From Octopus vulgaris (lineage: Eukaryota), in NCBI GenBank assembly GCA_951406725.2, contig OX597842.1, forward strand, positions 4,774,001 through 4,838,000: 64,000 nucleotides of DNA, in the 5' to 3' direction. The notes below the pieces were generated by a model. The model was given only the letters and a program-made list of their open reading frames with translations. It was not told the DNA's origin and did no database searches. The translations under genes and the position numbers were made by a program. Shown here piece by piece: positions 36,680 to 49,298 of this stretch (positions are counted from its first letter, which is position 1; each line of letters opens with the position of its first letter).

Positions 36680-38366
36680 ATGTGTGTATATATATATATA
36701 TAAGCGATAGTCTTCTTATTTACCTAAAACTCTATTCTATTATTCTATTTATTCATTTATCTACTTTATCACTGATCCTTTTGACCACTCCCCTAAGAAA
36801 GACAGTTTGTGCCCTGCTTACCCAAAAAGTCCCCCACCACCACCCTATTAAATCTGCCTAAATGTATAAATGCCAAAACTTATTTTGACAGCAAGCTTTC
36901 TGATGATTTCATTTGAATGAAACAATTCTAGTCCTGTAGAAGCTCCTTCTATAAAATAAATTAATTTACTCTGCTATGTATTGAGTACCTTATTTACTGT
37001 GGTTAACCCCGACTCAACCCGGGACCTACATATATGTGTATATATATACATATGTATATATACACATATATATGTATACATATATATATGTATATATATA
37101 CATATGTATATATATATAATAGTTATCGCCATACTAATATGGCATTCTTATAAAAATAAGAAAAAAGCTGTCCGCTTATTAGCTCCATGAGGCCATCGCC
37201 TTAAGTTAGCTATTTGATACACAAACTGTATCCATAAAACCTTCGAACAAGGGAGGTCAGTCGCTCCACACTACTTGACCGGCAGCTACAGACGCGTTTC
37301 GGAGTATTGCCCCTTTTCAATGCAGCGTAGCCAGCCAGTAGGTGTCGCTTCCGACAATCTCTGTTCGATGGTTTTATTTACCTAGTTTCGGTGGAATACA
37401 TCCACTTGTTTTCAATAATAGAAATATTAAAATAACTAAGTCTCTCTAAGGTTATATGGATACAGTTTGTGTATCAAATAGCTAACTTAAGGCGATGGCC
37501 TCATGGAGCTAATAAGCGGACAGCTTTTTTCTTATTTTTATAAGAATGCCATATTAGTATGGCGATAACTATTATTTTCCGGGAATGCTGCCGCTGTTCT
37601 CTTTTAGAGAGACTTAGTTATTTTAATATTTCTATTATATATATATACATATGTATATATATACATGTCTATATATATGTACATATATACATATATGTGT
37701 ATACATATACATATGTATATATATATACATATGTATATATATATATATACACATATATACATATGTATATATATATATACACATATATACATATGTATAT
37801 ATATATATACACATATATACATATGTATATATATATATATACATATGTATATATACACACACACATATATATCTATATATATACACATATATATACATAT
37901 ATATATATATATTTATATACATATGTATATATATATGTATATATTGCCAGCACCACCAAACTGGCCCTCATGCCGGTGGCACGTAAAAGCACCCACTGCA
38001 CTCTCAGAGTGATTGGCATTAGGAAGGGCATCAAGCTGTAGAAACTCTGCCAGATCAGATTAGAGTCTGGTTCGCCAGACCTCAGTCAAATCGTCCAACT
38101 CATGCTAGCATGGAAAGCGGACATTAAACGATGATGATGATATATATATATATAGAAATAATGCATTTCTAAATATCTCAGATTTATGCAGTAGTGGTAC
38201 AATAATGTAGTTGTATACCGTCAACTTAATGTGACAGTCCCATGAAGGGAATCATACTACTGCTATTTAGCCCTAGGAAGCAGCAACGCTTCCTGTCAGC
38301 TTTGACACATTTCCTGTGTCGTTACGTTTGCAAGGAGGAGATAAGCACCCCCACCCAGCTAAGCCT

Positions 38367-38415
38367 GCATCCAGAGACTAGTTTCTGAGTCTTTGCTTGT
38401 CATCAGTCTGGATGC
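38367..38415 (-). ncRNA. Minimal type I hammerhead ribozyme-like motif
   Basis: gcatccaga-CTGATGA-caagcaaagactca-GAAAC-ta-GTC-tctggatgc: 9-bp stem I and palindromic stem III ACTAGT. Inverted copy at 38513-38553. Confidence 0.75.
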
Positions 38416-39733
38416 ATTATTTTTATTTTTGCAATCAGTGAATGTATTTCACTAGAATTCTTATATGTTTACAAAGGCTAGATAGGCATCTCAAGCTAGC
38501 AGGCCATGCTACTCCAGACTGATGACAAGCAAAGACTCAGAAACTAGTCTCTGACTGCAGGCTTAGCTGGGTGGAGGTGCTTGTCTCTCCCTTGCAAACC
38601 TAAGGACACAGGACGTGTTAAGGCCAACAGGAAGCATTGCATTGCTGCTTCCTAGGTCTAAATAGCAGTAGTATGATTTAGTTGTAGAGTTCAAAAAATC
38701 AAAAACTGGAACCTACATATATGTTTCATTCCTATCACCTGGTTGATCAGAAATTCTAAGCATTTGGTTAAATGCTAAGAAAAGTATCATATTCTAACTA
38801 TATGATACTTCTGCAGAGTTAATTCTGAGCTCATGGAACTTAGGTAATCCTTTTTCTTTTGAAGGATGCATACAGAGTATTTTTTGAGCTTTGCTACTTT
38901 TAATCAATTTATTATCTTCACCTTAGTGAAAGCAGGTATTTGTTTTCAGTCATGTTTGTTTGTCTGTGGACAAGATATCTCAAGAACCGCTGGATGGATT
39001 TGGATAAAACTTTCAGGGATATTTGGCCTTGTGACTGGCACAGTCTCATCAGATTTTGGGATCAATCTGGTATTGGACAAGGATTCTGGATTATTTTTCC
39101 GGTTCTTTTTATCTTATATGTATATGTAAAATTTCACATATTTCTCTTGTACATGCATGCACATACATATACTCACACACTTTCAGCATTGAACATTACC
39201 ATCCCATTTCCATTGTACACACAAACATACCTCCCTTTTACACACACACACACATATACTAACTCTTCAAACGCTGTTTATCAGCTTTTTCACTCCTTTC
39301 TTCATTATTTATCTATCACCCCTTCCTTTCTCATTCATACAATGATCTCTTTGCCACTTTGTTTCATCTTTGTCATCACTTTCTCTCACTCTCTCTCTGT
39401 CATGGCTATTACTCTCACTACTTCTCCTTCACTGTATTAGTATTTCATCTCCTCTCCTTTCACCTCGTAATATATATATATATTTGGATTATTTTTCCGT
39501 TTGAGAGGGGTTGGGTTCATTATTAGTACTCTTGTTTGTGAGAACTGTCCAGTTTATTTCAGATATTCTCATCTTAAAAATCATCTCAGGCTAATCATTG
39601 AGAGGATGTTGGTGTTGTCTTGGTGGAGGTTGGCGTTTTCTGAGTGCTCTTGTTTGTACTGTTATGTTTTATTCATACATCCATTAATCCTCCATTTTCT
39701 TTTGCCCCCTATACACACACACACACATACACT

Positions 39734-39767
<34 letters not shown>

Positions 39768-39813
39768 CACACGCACATACATATATACACACGCAGCTAT
39801 ATCTATATATATA

Positions 39814-40147
39814 GATAGGATAGGAGCACTCCGTCGGTTACGACGACGAGGGTCCCAGCTGATACGATCAAAGGAACAGCCTGCTCGTGAAATTAACGTG
39901 CAAGTGGCTGAGCACTCCACAGACACGTGTACCCTTAACGTAGTTCTCAAGGAGATTCAGCATGACACACAGTGTGACAAGGCCGGCCCTTTGAAATACA
40001 GGTACAACTCATTTTTGCCAGCTGAGTGGACTGGAGCAACATGAAATAAAGTGTCTTGCTCAAGGACACAACGCGTTGCCTGGAATTGAACTCATGACCT
40101 TACAATCGTGAGCCGAATGCCCTAACCACTAAGCCACGCGCCTTCAC
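39814..40147 (-). mobile_element. tRNA-derived SINE family C
   Basis: Minus strand ggcgcgtggcttagtggttagggc...gagttcaattcc, followed by gtgtccttgagcaagacact core. Confidence 0.8.
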
Positions 40148-41719
40148 TTATATATATATATATATATGCGCACGCACAAAAATAATATTTCCAAAAATGG
40201 TTTGAAGGGATATACAATCCTGGCAGTTACCACGTTCACTTTTATCAGTTGTCAATGCCAGCTAGCCACAGTGAGCCTTGAGACTCAAGGTAGTTAAAAT
40301 TTACTATACTCAGTTAATCCTCACTTGGTAAATTCAAGTGTCCTTATAAGGACTGCATAGTTTCTGTAAAGAAAATAATGAAATTACTGAAAATCAAGAG
40401 AATGGAGATTTGCACATCTAAGTTTTATTATATAGTTATATACACCATTCTTCACTTAGAGCTGTGCACATTTCTACTGAAAGCCACTGCACACTTAACA
40501 GTGTGCATCTTGGTGTTAATTATCGATGCAACTTCTTTCAGAGTCGTTTATTTCTGCAGTTCAGATATCATCTGAAAAGATTATGAAGTTGACCAAAATG
40601 ATTCCAATATGGGGTATTAGTGTTACTCTTGGCTAGTTTGGTATTTAGTGTTATGTTTGGTCTTAAAATAGGTCAATGTTTTTGTACATTCCTAATTAAT
40701 ATTCTTGCTAACCATTCCACTAATTTAGAACAATAGAAGTTTGCTTCCCAACCACATGGGTTCAATTCCACTGTATTGCACCTTGGGCAATTGTCTTCTA
40801 CTGTAGCCTTGTGAGAGGATTTAGTAAATGGAAACTGAAAGAAGCCCACCAATTCTAATTTTACTTTTTTATGTATACACACATATGTGTTTGTATGAAT
40901 GAATGTGTGTGGATACATGTATATGTGTGCTTGTGTGTGTATATGACTCTATGCATGTGTGTGTGTGTAATTAAACAACCCTACCAACACAGTAAGTAGC
41001 AGTCAAAGGAGGTTGTGTGGTGGACAAGGCTGAATAAAAATGAAGAAAAACTTTCCTCTTCAGTCAATCCTCATCAACTTTTTGAAGATCCACTTGGAAG
41101 GGAAATTGAGGCTGGAGAGGAAAGTGCTACCATCCAGTGAATTTATCAAAAGGTAGGTGACTGTGAAGAAAATGGTTAGGGTGTATGGCTCTTACTCTAA
41201 GTATGAGTCTATACATTGGAGAACATCAGTTGGGCAAGGACTCATGGCCTCTGGTGGTCAAGGTGACCCAGGATCTGTGGGGTTCCTGGACTGACCTATG
41301 TTGGTGATCTTCCAGTATTAGGAGATTTGCATCATCTTTGTGTTCACATACTTTAATATGCTTTGTACACTTTTGGCAGACTTCAACATGTGTGCCACTG
41401 CCTGAATTTGTTGCTTCATAACTTCCAGAAAAATGGATATTTTTTCAATGAAACTTCCTACAAATATGCTACAGACCGTGTAGATTCTGATTTTATCAGA
41501 ATATGTAGTGACAAAACAAAAAAGAGAGCAAAGTGAGGAGTCTCAGAAAATTCGCACGAGACAACATTCTTTGCTCATAACTTTTAGAATAATGGAAACA
41601 CCTAGGATCTTAATTTTGAAATATCTATAAAACCGTCAAAAGCTTGTTTATTTTTATGCCTTTTGATTTATTGTTAGTGTTGCTTAATATGTTTTGCTAA
41701 AATTGCTGTTTCTTTACAG

Positions 41720-42812
41720 ATATCATCAGAAAAAGGTAATTAAAATTCATTAAAATGACAGATCTATCAGACTTTCAAAGAGGTCAAATTGTTGGTGCCT
41801 GTATGGCAGGTGCTAGCATAGCAAAAACTGCTGAAATGTTTGGTGTATCAAGAAGTACTGTCTCAAAAGTAATGACAGCCTTTGAGAAAGGGAGAAACCT
41901 CCTGTCAAAACAAAACTCAGAAGAAAACCAAAACTTTCAGAAAGGGACCGTCGGACTCTTATGCGAATTGTTAGAAAGGATCACAAAAGTACAGCTCCCA
42001 AAATTACTGCAGAGCTTAATGACCACCTTGAGAATCCAGTTTCCACAAAAATTGTTTGCCGGGAGCTGCACAAAGCTGGATTTCATGGGAGGGCTGCAAT
42101 CAGAAAAGCACTACTTTCAAAAACAAACGTTGCAAGGCACTTAGAGTAGAATAAAAGCCCTACAGAATTGGTCCCTAGAGCAGTGGAAGAATGTTATTTT
42201 CTCAGACGAGTCATCCTTTACCTTATTTCTGACTACCAGCTGAGTATATGTGTAGAGACAGCCAAAAGAAGCATTTGACATGGAGGAGGATCTGCGATGA
42301 TCTGGTGGGTGGGGGGCTATATCTTTGAAATCCGCCAGCCCAATGGTTTCCCTTCAAGGCAGAATTAATAGTCAAGACTATTTAAGCATTTTATTTGATC
42401 AAATTCATCCTATGGTTGATGAACTGATTCCGGAGGCAAACGCAATCTTTCAGGATGATAATACACCAATTCACACAGCTAAAGTTGTTACTGAATGGCA
42501 TAAGGAACATTCTAGTGAAGCTGAACATCTTATCTGGCCACCACAGTCCTCAGATCTCAATATTATTGAACATTTACGGTGGATATAAGAAAAACAAGTA
42601 AGGAGTCAATATCCTCCACCATCATCACTACAAGAACTGGAGACTGTTTTAGCTGAAGAATGGACAAAAATTCCTTTGAAAACAATTCAAACTTTGTACA
42701 AGTCCATATCTCATAGAATTCAAGCTGCAATTACTGCCAAAGGCGGTCCTACCCCATATTAAAATAAATTTGTTTGAAATTTTAAGGTGTTTCCACTATT
42801 TTGTCCAACCCC
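41720..42812 (+). mobile_element. Tc1-like transposon, frameshifted transposase
   Basis: DLSDFQRGQIVG HTH, VIFSDES, IFQDDNTPIH, WPPQSSDLNIIEH. Right terminus ttttgtccaacccct. Confidence 0.9.
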
Positions 42813-43357
42813 TCTCTCTACAAAATGAAACTTGAGATTTTCATAAAGAATTGTGATGTGCATCAGTACATATGTGTGTGTGTGCTCACCAGGTTTTTTC
42901 CTTTTTTTTTTTTCACATCAGATTCCAATATAATTGTAATTTACTTACTCTGAAAAGTACTTGTAGAAAATTACATAAAAAATTCCCCATTTTTCTAAAA
43001 TTTATAAGGAAACGAAACCGACTCGTGTGAATTTTCCAAAACTCCTCTCCCCATCCCTGGAAAATTTTCTCTAACGAATTCAGATATAAGTGGAATCTGC
43101 ACCATCTAAAGCATATTTATAGAAACTTTCATTAAATATCCATTTTCCTGGAAGTTATAAGGAAACCAAGTTGTTGGGGCACACATATGTAGGGTTCCTA
43201 GGTTGACTGTAACTGGTGTTTCTCCAGTATCATTCATATGTTCACATACTTATGTATACTATTATCTCATTTCACTGATTTACCCCTTTCTTTCTCCTCA
43301 GCTTTTATGTAAAACCTCAACACAAACTGTAGACTGTCCTTGTCATGAACCTGTGCT

Positions 43358-43753
43358 GGCGGAATTCGGGTTTTAAGTCTCTTATATAAACCCTCATAAA
43401 TTAAAAAATTTTTTAAAAAAAATTTTCAGGAAATTTTTGCGAATTTGTGTTTTACACACGGGAATTCATCTGATTATGATAAAGGGGGGGGGGATTTAAG
43501 GGCGATTTAGCTGTTGTTTTTAGCACATCTAACGACCACCTTCCTCGTTTATTTGTCGCTCTGAAATGTATTGATGTTTCCCGATATTTTTCCCTCTTAA
43601 ACACACTTAATGGAATGATGATGCATCCAAAGGGGTGTGGGGGTCAATTACTGAAATTTAAGCAAAAAGTCCGAACAATCCGTATTTTAAACTCTGATTT
43701 TAAGATAGAATCTTTATGAGGGGTTTTCTGACGTACTTAAACCAGAATTCTGC
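43358..43753. mobile_element. MITE with imperfect TIRs of about 40 bp
   Basis: ggcggaattcgggttttaagt...aaaccctcataaa versus tttatgagggtttt...acttaaaccagaattctgcc. Confidence 0.55.
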
Positions 43754-45353
43754 CCCTGTGTCAAATAAAAAAAATACTCCTTAAATTATTAAGGTAACAA
43801 ACTGGCAGAATCGTTACCGCACGGGACAGAATAATGCTCAGAGGCATTTCATCCGACTGCTTACGTTCCGAGTTCAAATTCCATCGATGTCAATTTCGCA
43901 TGTTTTTTTTCTTCGATCTTTATATAAAATAAATACCAGTTGAGCACGGGAGTCGACGAAATAGACTATCCCCCATCTCGCTAAATTTCAGCCTGTGTCT
44001 CTGTAGTGGAAAGGATTATTATGTCTTTTTCATTTATTATTACTTATTTTTGCTAACATCATATTCATCTCATTCATTCATCGATCGCTGATTAAGTTCT
44101 CGGCGAAACGAGACCAGACTGCGCATCATTTTCGAAGTTGGAGAAGATAAAAAAATGCTTTCAATTTCAACTGTCCTGAAATTTCTCGAGTCTAAAAAAT
44201 AAAACATGAGTTTATATAAAAAATAATAGTTATTTAATATGTAAGAATTTATATATATATATATATAAATATCAATTTAAATACAGAATTTTAAAGATTG
44301 CTTTCAGATGTATAGCGTATTTTATAAATATGCCTGTTCAAGAGTATCTTAATAGTATATGAAACTTTTAATAGCTCTTTCGGTTGTATATTAAAATTGA
44401 TGTTTATCTTTCACTGGATGCAGATTTTTTTCTTCTTTTTGTTGATTCTACAGCTAATTGGATCTTTAAATTGCGCGTGTGTGTGTGTGTGTGTGTGTGC
44501 GCCCGCATTAATTAAATAACGGAAATGTACGACAATTACCGAATTATCCTTTACATCTCTTCCGTGATGAGTGCTCAGTGAGTTTTTATAATTACACTAA
44601 AGATCCCACTATTTTCTTTATTTTTTATTTTGGGGATGCTGTAATGAAATATAAGAAATTAAATTAATGATAATTTATTTTATAATAACGTGAGGAGTGT
44701 AAAAGAGACTGAGTCCAGTTTAAACGTATTTTTATAATTTTTCATGATTTTTAAACGTATTTTTATAGTTTTGATATATTTTAATAATTGTTTTAATTTC
44801 ATTTATAATTTCAAATGAAAAATAAAATCTAATTAACATCATATAATAAAATAAAATACAAAATCATTTATTCTACGTTGAATGTGATGGTTGTATCGTT
44901 TTATTTTTATTACTAATTTTTTTCCTATAATGGATCTTGATTTTTATAAGCTCCAATGATAAAATAAATGTGTTGAAGTAAATTAAAATGAAACAAGTAA
45001 CAGCTGGACAGATTTATGAAAGACAGAAAATGGAAGAAAGAAGCTATCTTTATAAATGGCGTCATAGAGCGAGGATGTAGGAGGCAGCAACAGAGGGAGA
45101 GGTGGGAGGTAGCGACAGTGAGAGAGGTGGCGTGGAGACAGTGTGGGCGGTGGAGGAAAGCACGGCGGTCGCCTTTTCACACACGCACATATAATTATAT
45201 GTATATCTATAATTATATGTGTGTATATATATATATAATTATATGTATATATATATATAAATGTTCTATAAATACATATATGTTATATATATATACATAC
45301 ATGTTATATATATTATATATATACATACATACATACATATATATATATATTAT

Positions 45354-45462
<109 letters not shown>

Positions 45463-45590
45463 TGTATGTATGTATATATGTATTGGCTTTTGTTGACATG
45501 GAGAAAGCCTTTGACAGAGTCTCCCGATCCCTTATCTGGTGGTCAATGAGGAAACTATGGATATATATATATATATAAAACATGTATATA

Positions 45591-45632
<42 letters not shown>

Positions 45633-45727
45633 ATAGGGAGTAGGAGAATTCACGAAAAAAACAAAAGACGAAGACAGGTGGTGTAGAAAACAAACAGATG
45701 TATTAGTATAACGCTCGGGAATTGTCC

Positions 45728-45763
45728 CTTTCTGTAGAAGAGCATAGGCTCGAAACGTAAAAG
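45728..45763 (+). ncRNA. Minimal hammerhead variant (CUGUNGA core) in a PLE end
   Basis: cttt-CTGTAGA-A-GAGC-atag-GCTC-GAAAC-GTA-aaag, lying between inverted PLE-end arms 45643-45720 and 45778-45856. Confidence 0.6.
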
Positions 45764-45851
45764 ACTTTTTCTATTCCTGAGCGCTTATACTAATACATCT
45801 GTTTGTTTTGTACACCACCTGTCTTCGTTTTTTGTTTTTTTCGTAAACTTT

Positions 45852-45854
<3 letters not shown>

Positions 45855-45893
<39 letters not shown>

Positions 45894-45979
45894 TTACATA
45901 TATATATATAAATATATATATACTTACATATATATATATAAATATATATATACATACATATATATATATAAATATATAT

Positions 45980-46038
<59 letters not shown>

Positions 46039-46109
46039 TATATATACATACATACATATATATATATACATACATACATATATATATATATAAATATATA
46101 CATACATAC

Positions 46110-46167
<58 letters not shown>

Positions 46168-46220
46168 GTATATATATATACATATGTATACATATATATA
46201 TATATATAAACATATATATA
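45855..46220. repeat. (TA)n microsatellite (similar arrays at 34405-34682, 37637-37942, 45190-45480, 48498-48610)
   Basis: Direct reading. Confidence 0.95.
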
Positions 46221-48296
46221 CATCATCATCATCGTTTAACATCGGCTTTCAATGCTAGCGTGGGTTGGGTGATTTGACTGAGGACTTGTGAACCAGATGG
46301 CTGCACCAGGCTCCAATCTTGATCTGGAGGAGTTTCTACAGCCCTTCCTAACTCCAACCACTCCAAGAGTGTAGTGGGTGCTTTTACGTGCCACCGGTAC
46401 GGGGGCCACTCAGGCGGTACTGGCAACGACCTCGCTCGAATGTTTTATAACGTGCCAGTAAGGCTATGCTGATAACGATCACACTCGAATGGTGCCATTT
46501 ACGTACCACCTGTACGGAAGCCAGTCAGCTGCTCTGGCAACAATCACGCTCAGATGGTGCTTTTAGCACCCCACAAGCACGGACACCAGTTATCGAATTT
46601 GATTTCAATTTCTATTTCACTTGCCTCAACAGGTCTTCGCAAGCAGAGTTTAGTGATCAAAGAAAGAAAAGGTAAGCATAAGTGGGCTGGTTACATCCCT
46701 GACATACGCCATGAGGTTATGGTCTCATTTGGCTTGCTGAGTATTCTCATGCACAGCATATTTCCAAAAGTCTCGGTCACTAGTCATTCCCTCGAAGGTC
46801 GTGCTTCACCACCTCATCCCAGGTCTTCCTGTGTCTACCTCTTCCACAGGTTCCCTCAACTGCTAGAGTGTGGCACTTTTTCACACCTCTATTTTCATCC
46901 ATTCTCACCACATGACCATACCAGCACAGTCGTCTCTCTTGCACTCCACATTTAATGCTTCTTAGATCCAACTTTTCTCTCAAAGTACTTACACTCTGTC
47001 GAGTATGCACACTGACATTACACATCCATTGGAGCACAGTAGCTTCATTACTTGCAAGCTTATTCATGTCCTCAGCAGTCACAGCCCATGTTTCACTGCC
47101 ATGTAGCATGGCTGTTTGTACACATGCGTCATACAGTCTACCTTTTACTCTGAGCGAAAGACCCTTTACCACCAGCAGAGGTAAGAGGTCCCTGAACTTT
47201 GCCCAGGCTATTCTTATTCTAGCAGCTACACTTTCAGTGCACCCTCCCCTGCTACTGACTTGGTCACCTAAGTAACAGAAGCTATCAACTACTTCTAGTT
47301 TTTCCCCCTGGAATGTGGCAGAAGTTGTTCTCTGCACATTTTCAGTGTTTATAGCACCTGAGCATTTGCCACATACAAAAACTATTTTCCCAGTTAGCCT
47401 TCCTTTTATATTGCTGCACCTCTTATGTTTCCATAGCTTACACATCTTATAGAGTTTCTACCTACAGATCGAGCGGGCCATCTACCTGAAGGGATTTATG
47501 GTTTGCCTGCCCTCCTACTTATTAGGACTTTGGTTTTAGTTAGGTTGACTTTAAGGCCCTTCGATTCTAATCCTTGCTTCCACACCTGAAACTTCTTGAG
47601 TTCTGATAGTGACTCAGCAATTAGAGCAAGGTCGTCAGCATAGAGGAGCTCCCAGGGGCATCGTGTTTTGAATTTCTCTGTTATTGCCTGGAGGACTATG
47701 ATAAATAGGAGGGGGCTGAGGACTGAACCTTGGTGGTCCCCTACCTACACCCGGAATTCTTCACTGTACTCATTGCCAACCCTCACCTTACTGACAGCAT
47801 CCCTTTACATGGCTTGCACAGCTCTCACTAACCATTCATCTATCCCTAGTTTCCTCATTGACCACAGATAAGCGATCGGAGGACCATGTCAAAGGCTTTC
47901 TCCATGTCAACAAAAGCCAGGTACAGAGGTTTATCTTTGGCTAGGTATTTCTCCTGCAGCTGTCTTACCAGAAATATAGCATCAGTGGTGCTTTTCCCTG
48001 GCACGAACCCAAACTGCATCTCATCTAAACTGATTCTCTCCCTAATTACTTGGGCTATGACCCTCTCTGTGACCTTCATTACCTGATCTAACAACTTGAT
48101 ACCTCTATAATTATTTGTATCTAAAGCATCACCTTTTCCTTTGTAGCTGTTGACTATAGTGCTGCTACACCCGTCATTGGGTATGACTCCTTTGTGTATC
48201 AACTGGTTAACTATACAGGTGACTAGGCTATAGCCGACACTGCCAGATATTTTGAGCATCTGTGCAGTGATTCCTGATGGGCCAGGGGCTTTCCTT
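46220..48296 (-). mobile_element. RTE LINE, 5'-truncated, decayed RT to (GAT)n tail
   Basis: [61 protein letters not shown], with several frameshifts. Confidence 0.92.
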
Positions 48297-48499
48297 GATA
48301 TATATATATATAATATGTAAAGTTAATCCAAACAAGAAAGCACAAAAAAACACAACAACGCGAGGACGTGAAACAAATATAGTTTTATTGGATGCTCAGG
48401 AAAGAAGGAGGGTTTAACGTTTCGAGCAGAGCTCTTCATCGGAAACATAGAAGGAAAGATACAGAGGAAAAAAATCGCCAACGGTACACACGCGGTCAC

Positions 48500-48614
<115 letters not shown>

Positions 48615-48669
48615 TAAAAACGGTAAGATAACAAAAGAAAGAAAGAGACCTCAATGTTATGTAAATAGT

Positions 48670-49105
48670 TTCTTGTTGACGTCTTTTCTTGTCTTTCCAT
48701 TTCTCCCCTCTCTCTCTGTCACTCATTTGTGTTCCCTCTTTTATGGTACGTCGCCAATCTCCACGGTTGCTGGCAACTGCTTCCCAGTTGGTAATATTGA
48801 TGTTGCAGGCCTTCATGTCCCTTTTGCAAGCATCCTTGTATCGTAAGAACGGTCTTCCCACAGACCTATTGCCCCTAGCAAGCTTTCCGTAGAGTATGTC
48901 CTTGGGGATTCTGCCATCTTCCATACGGCTAACATGTCCAAGCCATCTCATACGTCTTTGTGTGAAGAGTGCAAACATGCTTGGCATTCCTGCTTGCTTG
49001 AGGACATCTTTGTTGGGGACATGATTCTGCCATTTGATGCCAAGGATTTTCCAGAGGCAGCGCAGGTGAAAGATATTTAGGCGACGCTCCAACCAACCAG
49101 GCAAA
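48670..49105 (-). mobile_element. Second RTE (BovB-like) family, ORF2 C-terminal fragment
   Basis: FHLRCL.KILGIKWQ..VPN...RRMRWLGHVSRMEDGRIPKDILYG.L..G.R..GRP.LRYKD. Confidence 0.88.
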
Positions 49106-49260
49106 GTCTTTGCTACATTTGCGGCACCTGCCAGAGAGAGTGTTTGTCCAGGGTAGGACTACACAACCACAGCAGGAGATGTATTAGGATATGAAATGTA
49201 AACGCCAGACTAGATTATTTTATGTGCAACTCCGTTGTCTCCCAAGACAAAAAGGATGCC

Positions 49261-49297
<37 letters not shown>

Positions 49298-49298
<1 letters not shown>

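Larger units (their letters stand above)
34681..36962. repeat. 2.3-kb interrupted palindrome (inverted duplication)
   Basis: 34681-35505 is the reverse complement of 35705-36962 once the SINE at 36120-36535 is removed. The ORF track shows mirrored peptides (MQAGLNEINL..., MTLKSQNKNK...). Confidence 0.95.

Noticed and set aside
44086-44116. CTGATTA...GAAAC hammerhead-like string
   Set aside because: G8 is absent, there is no NUH triplet and no supporting stem I.
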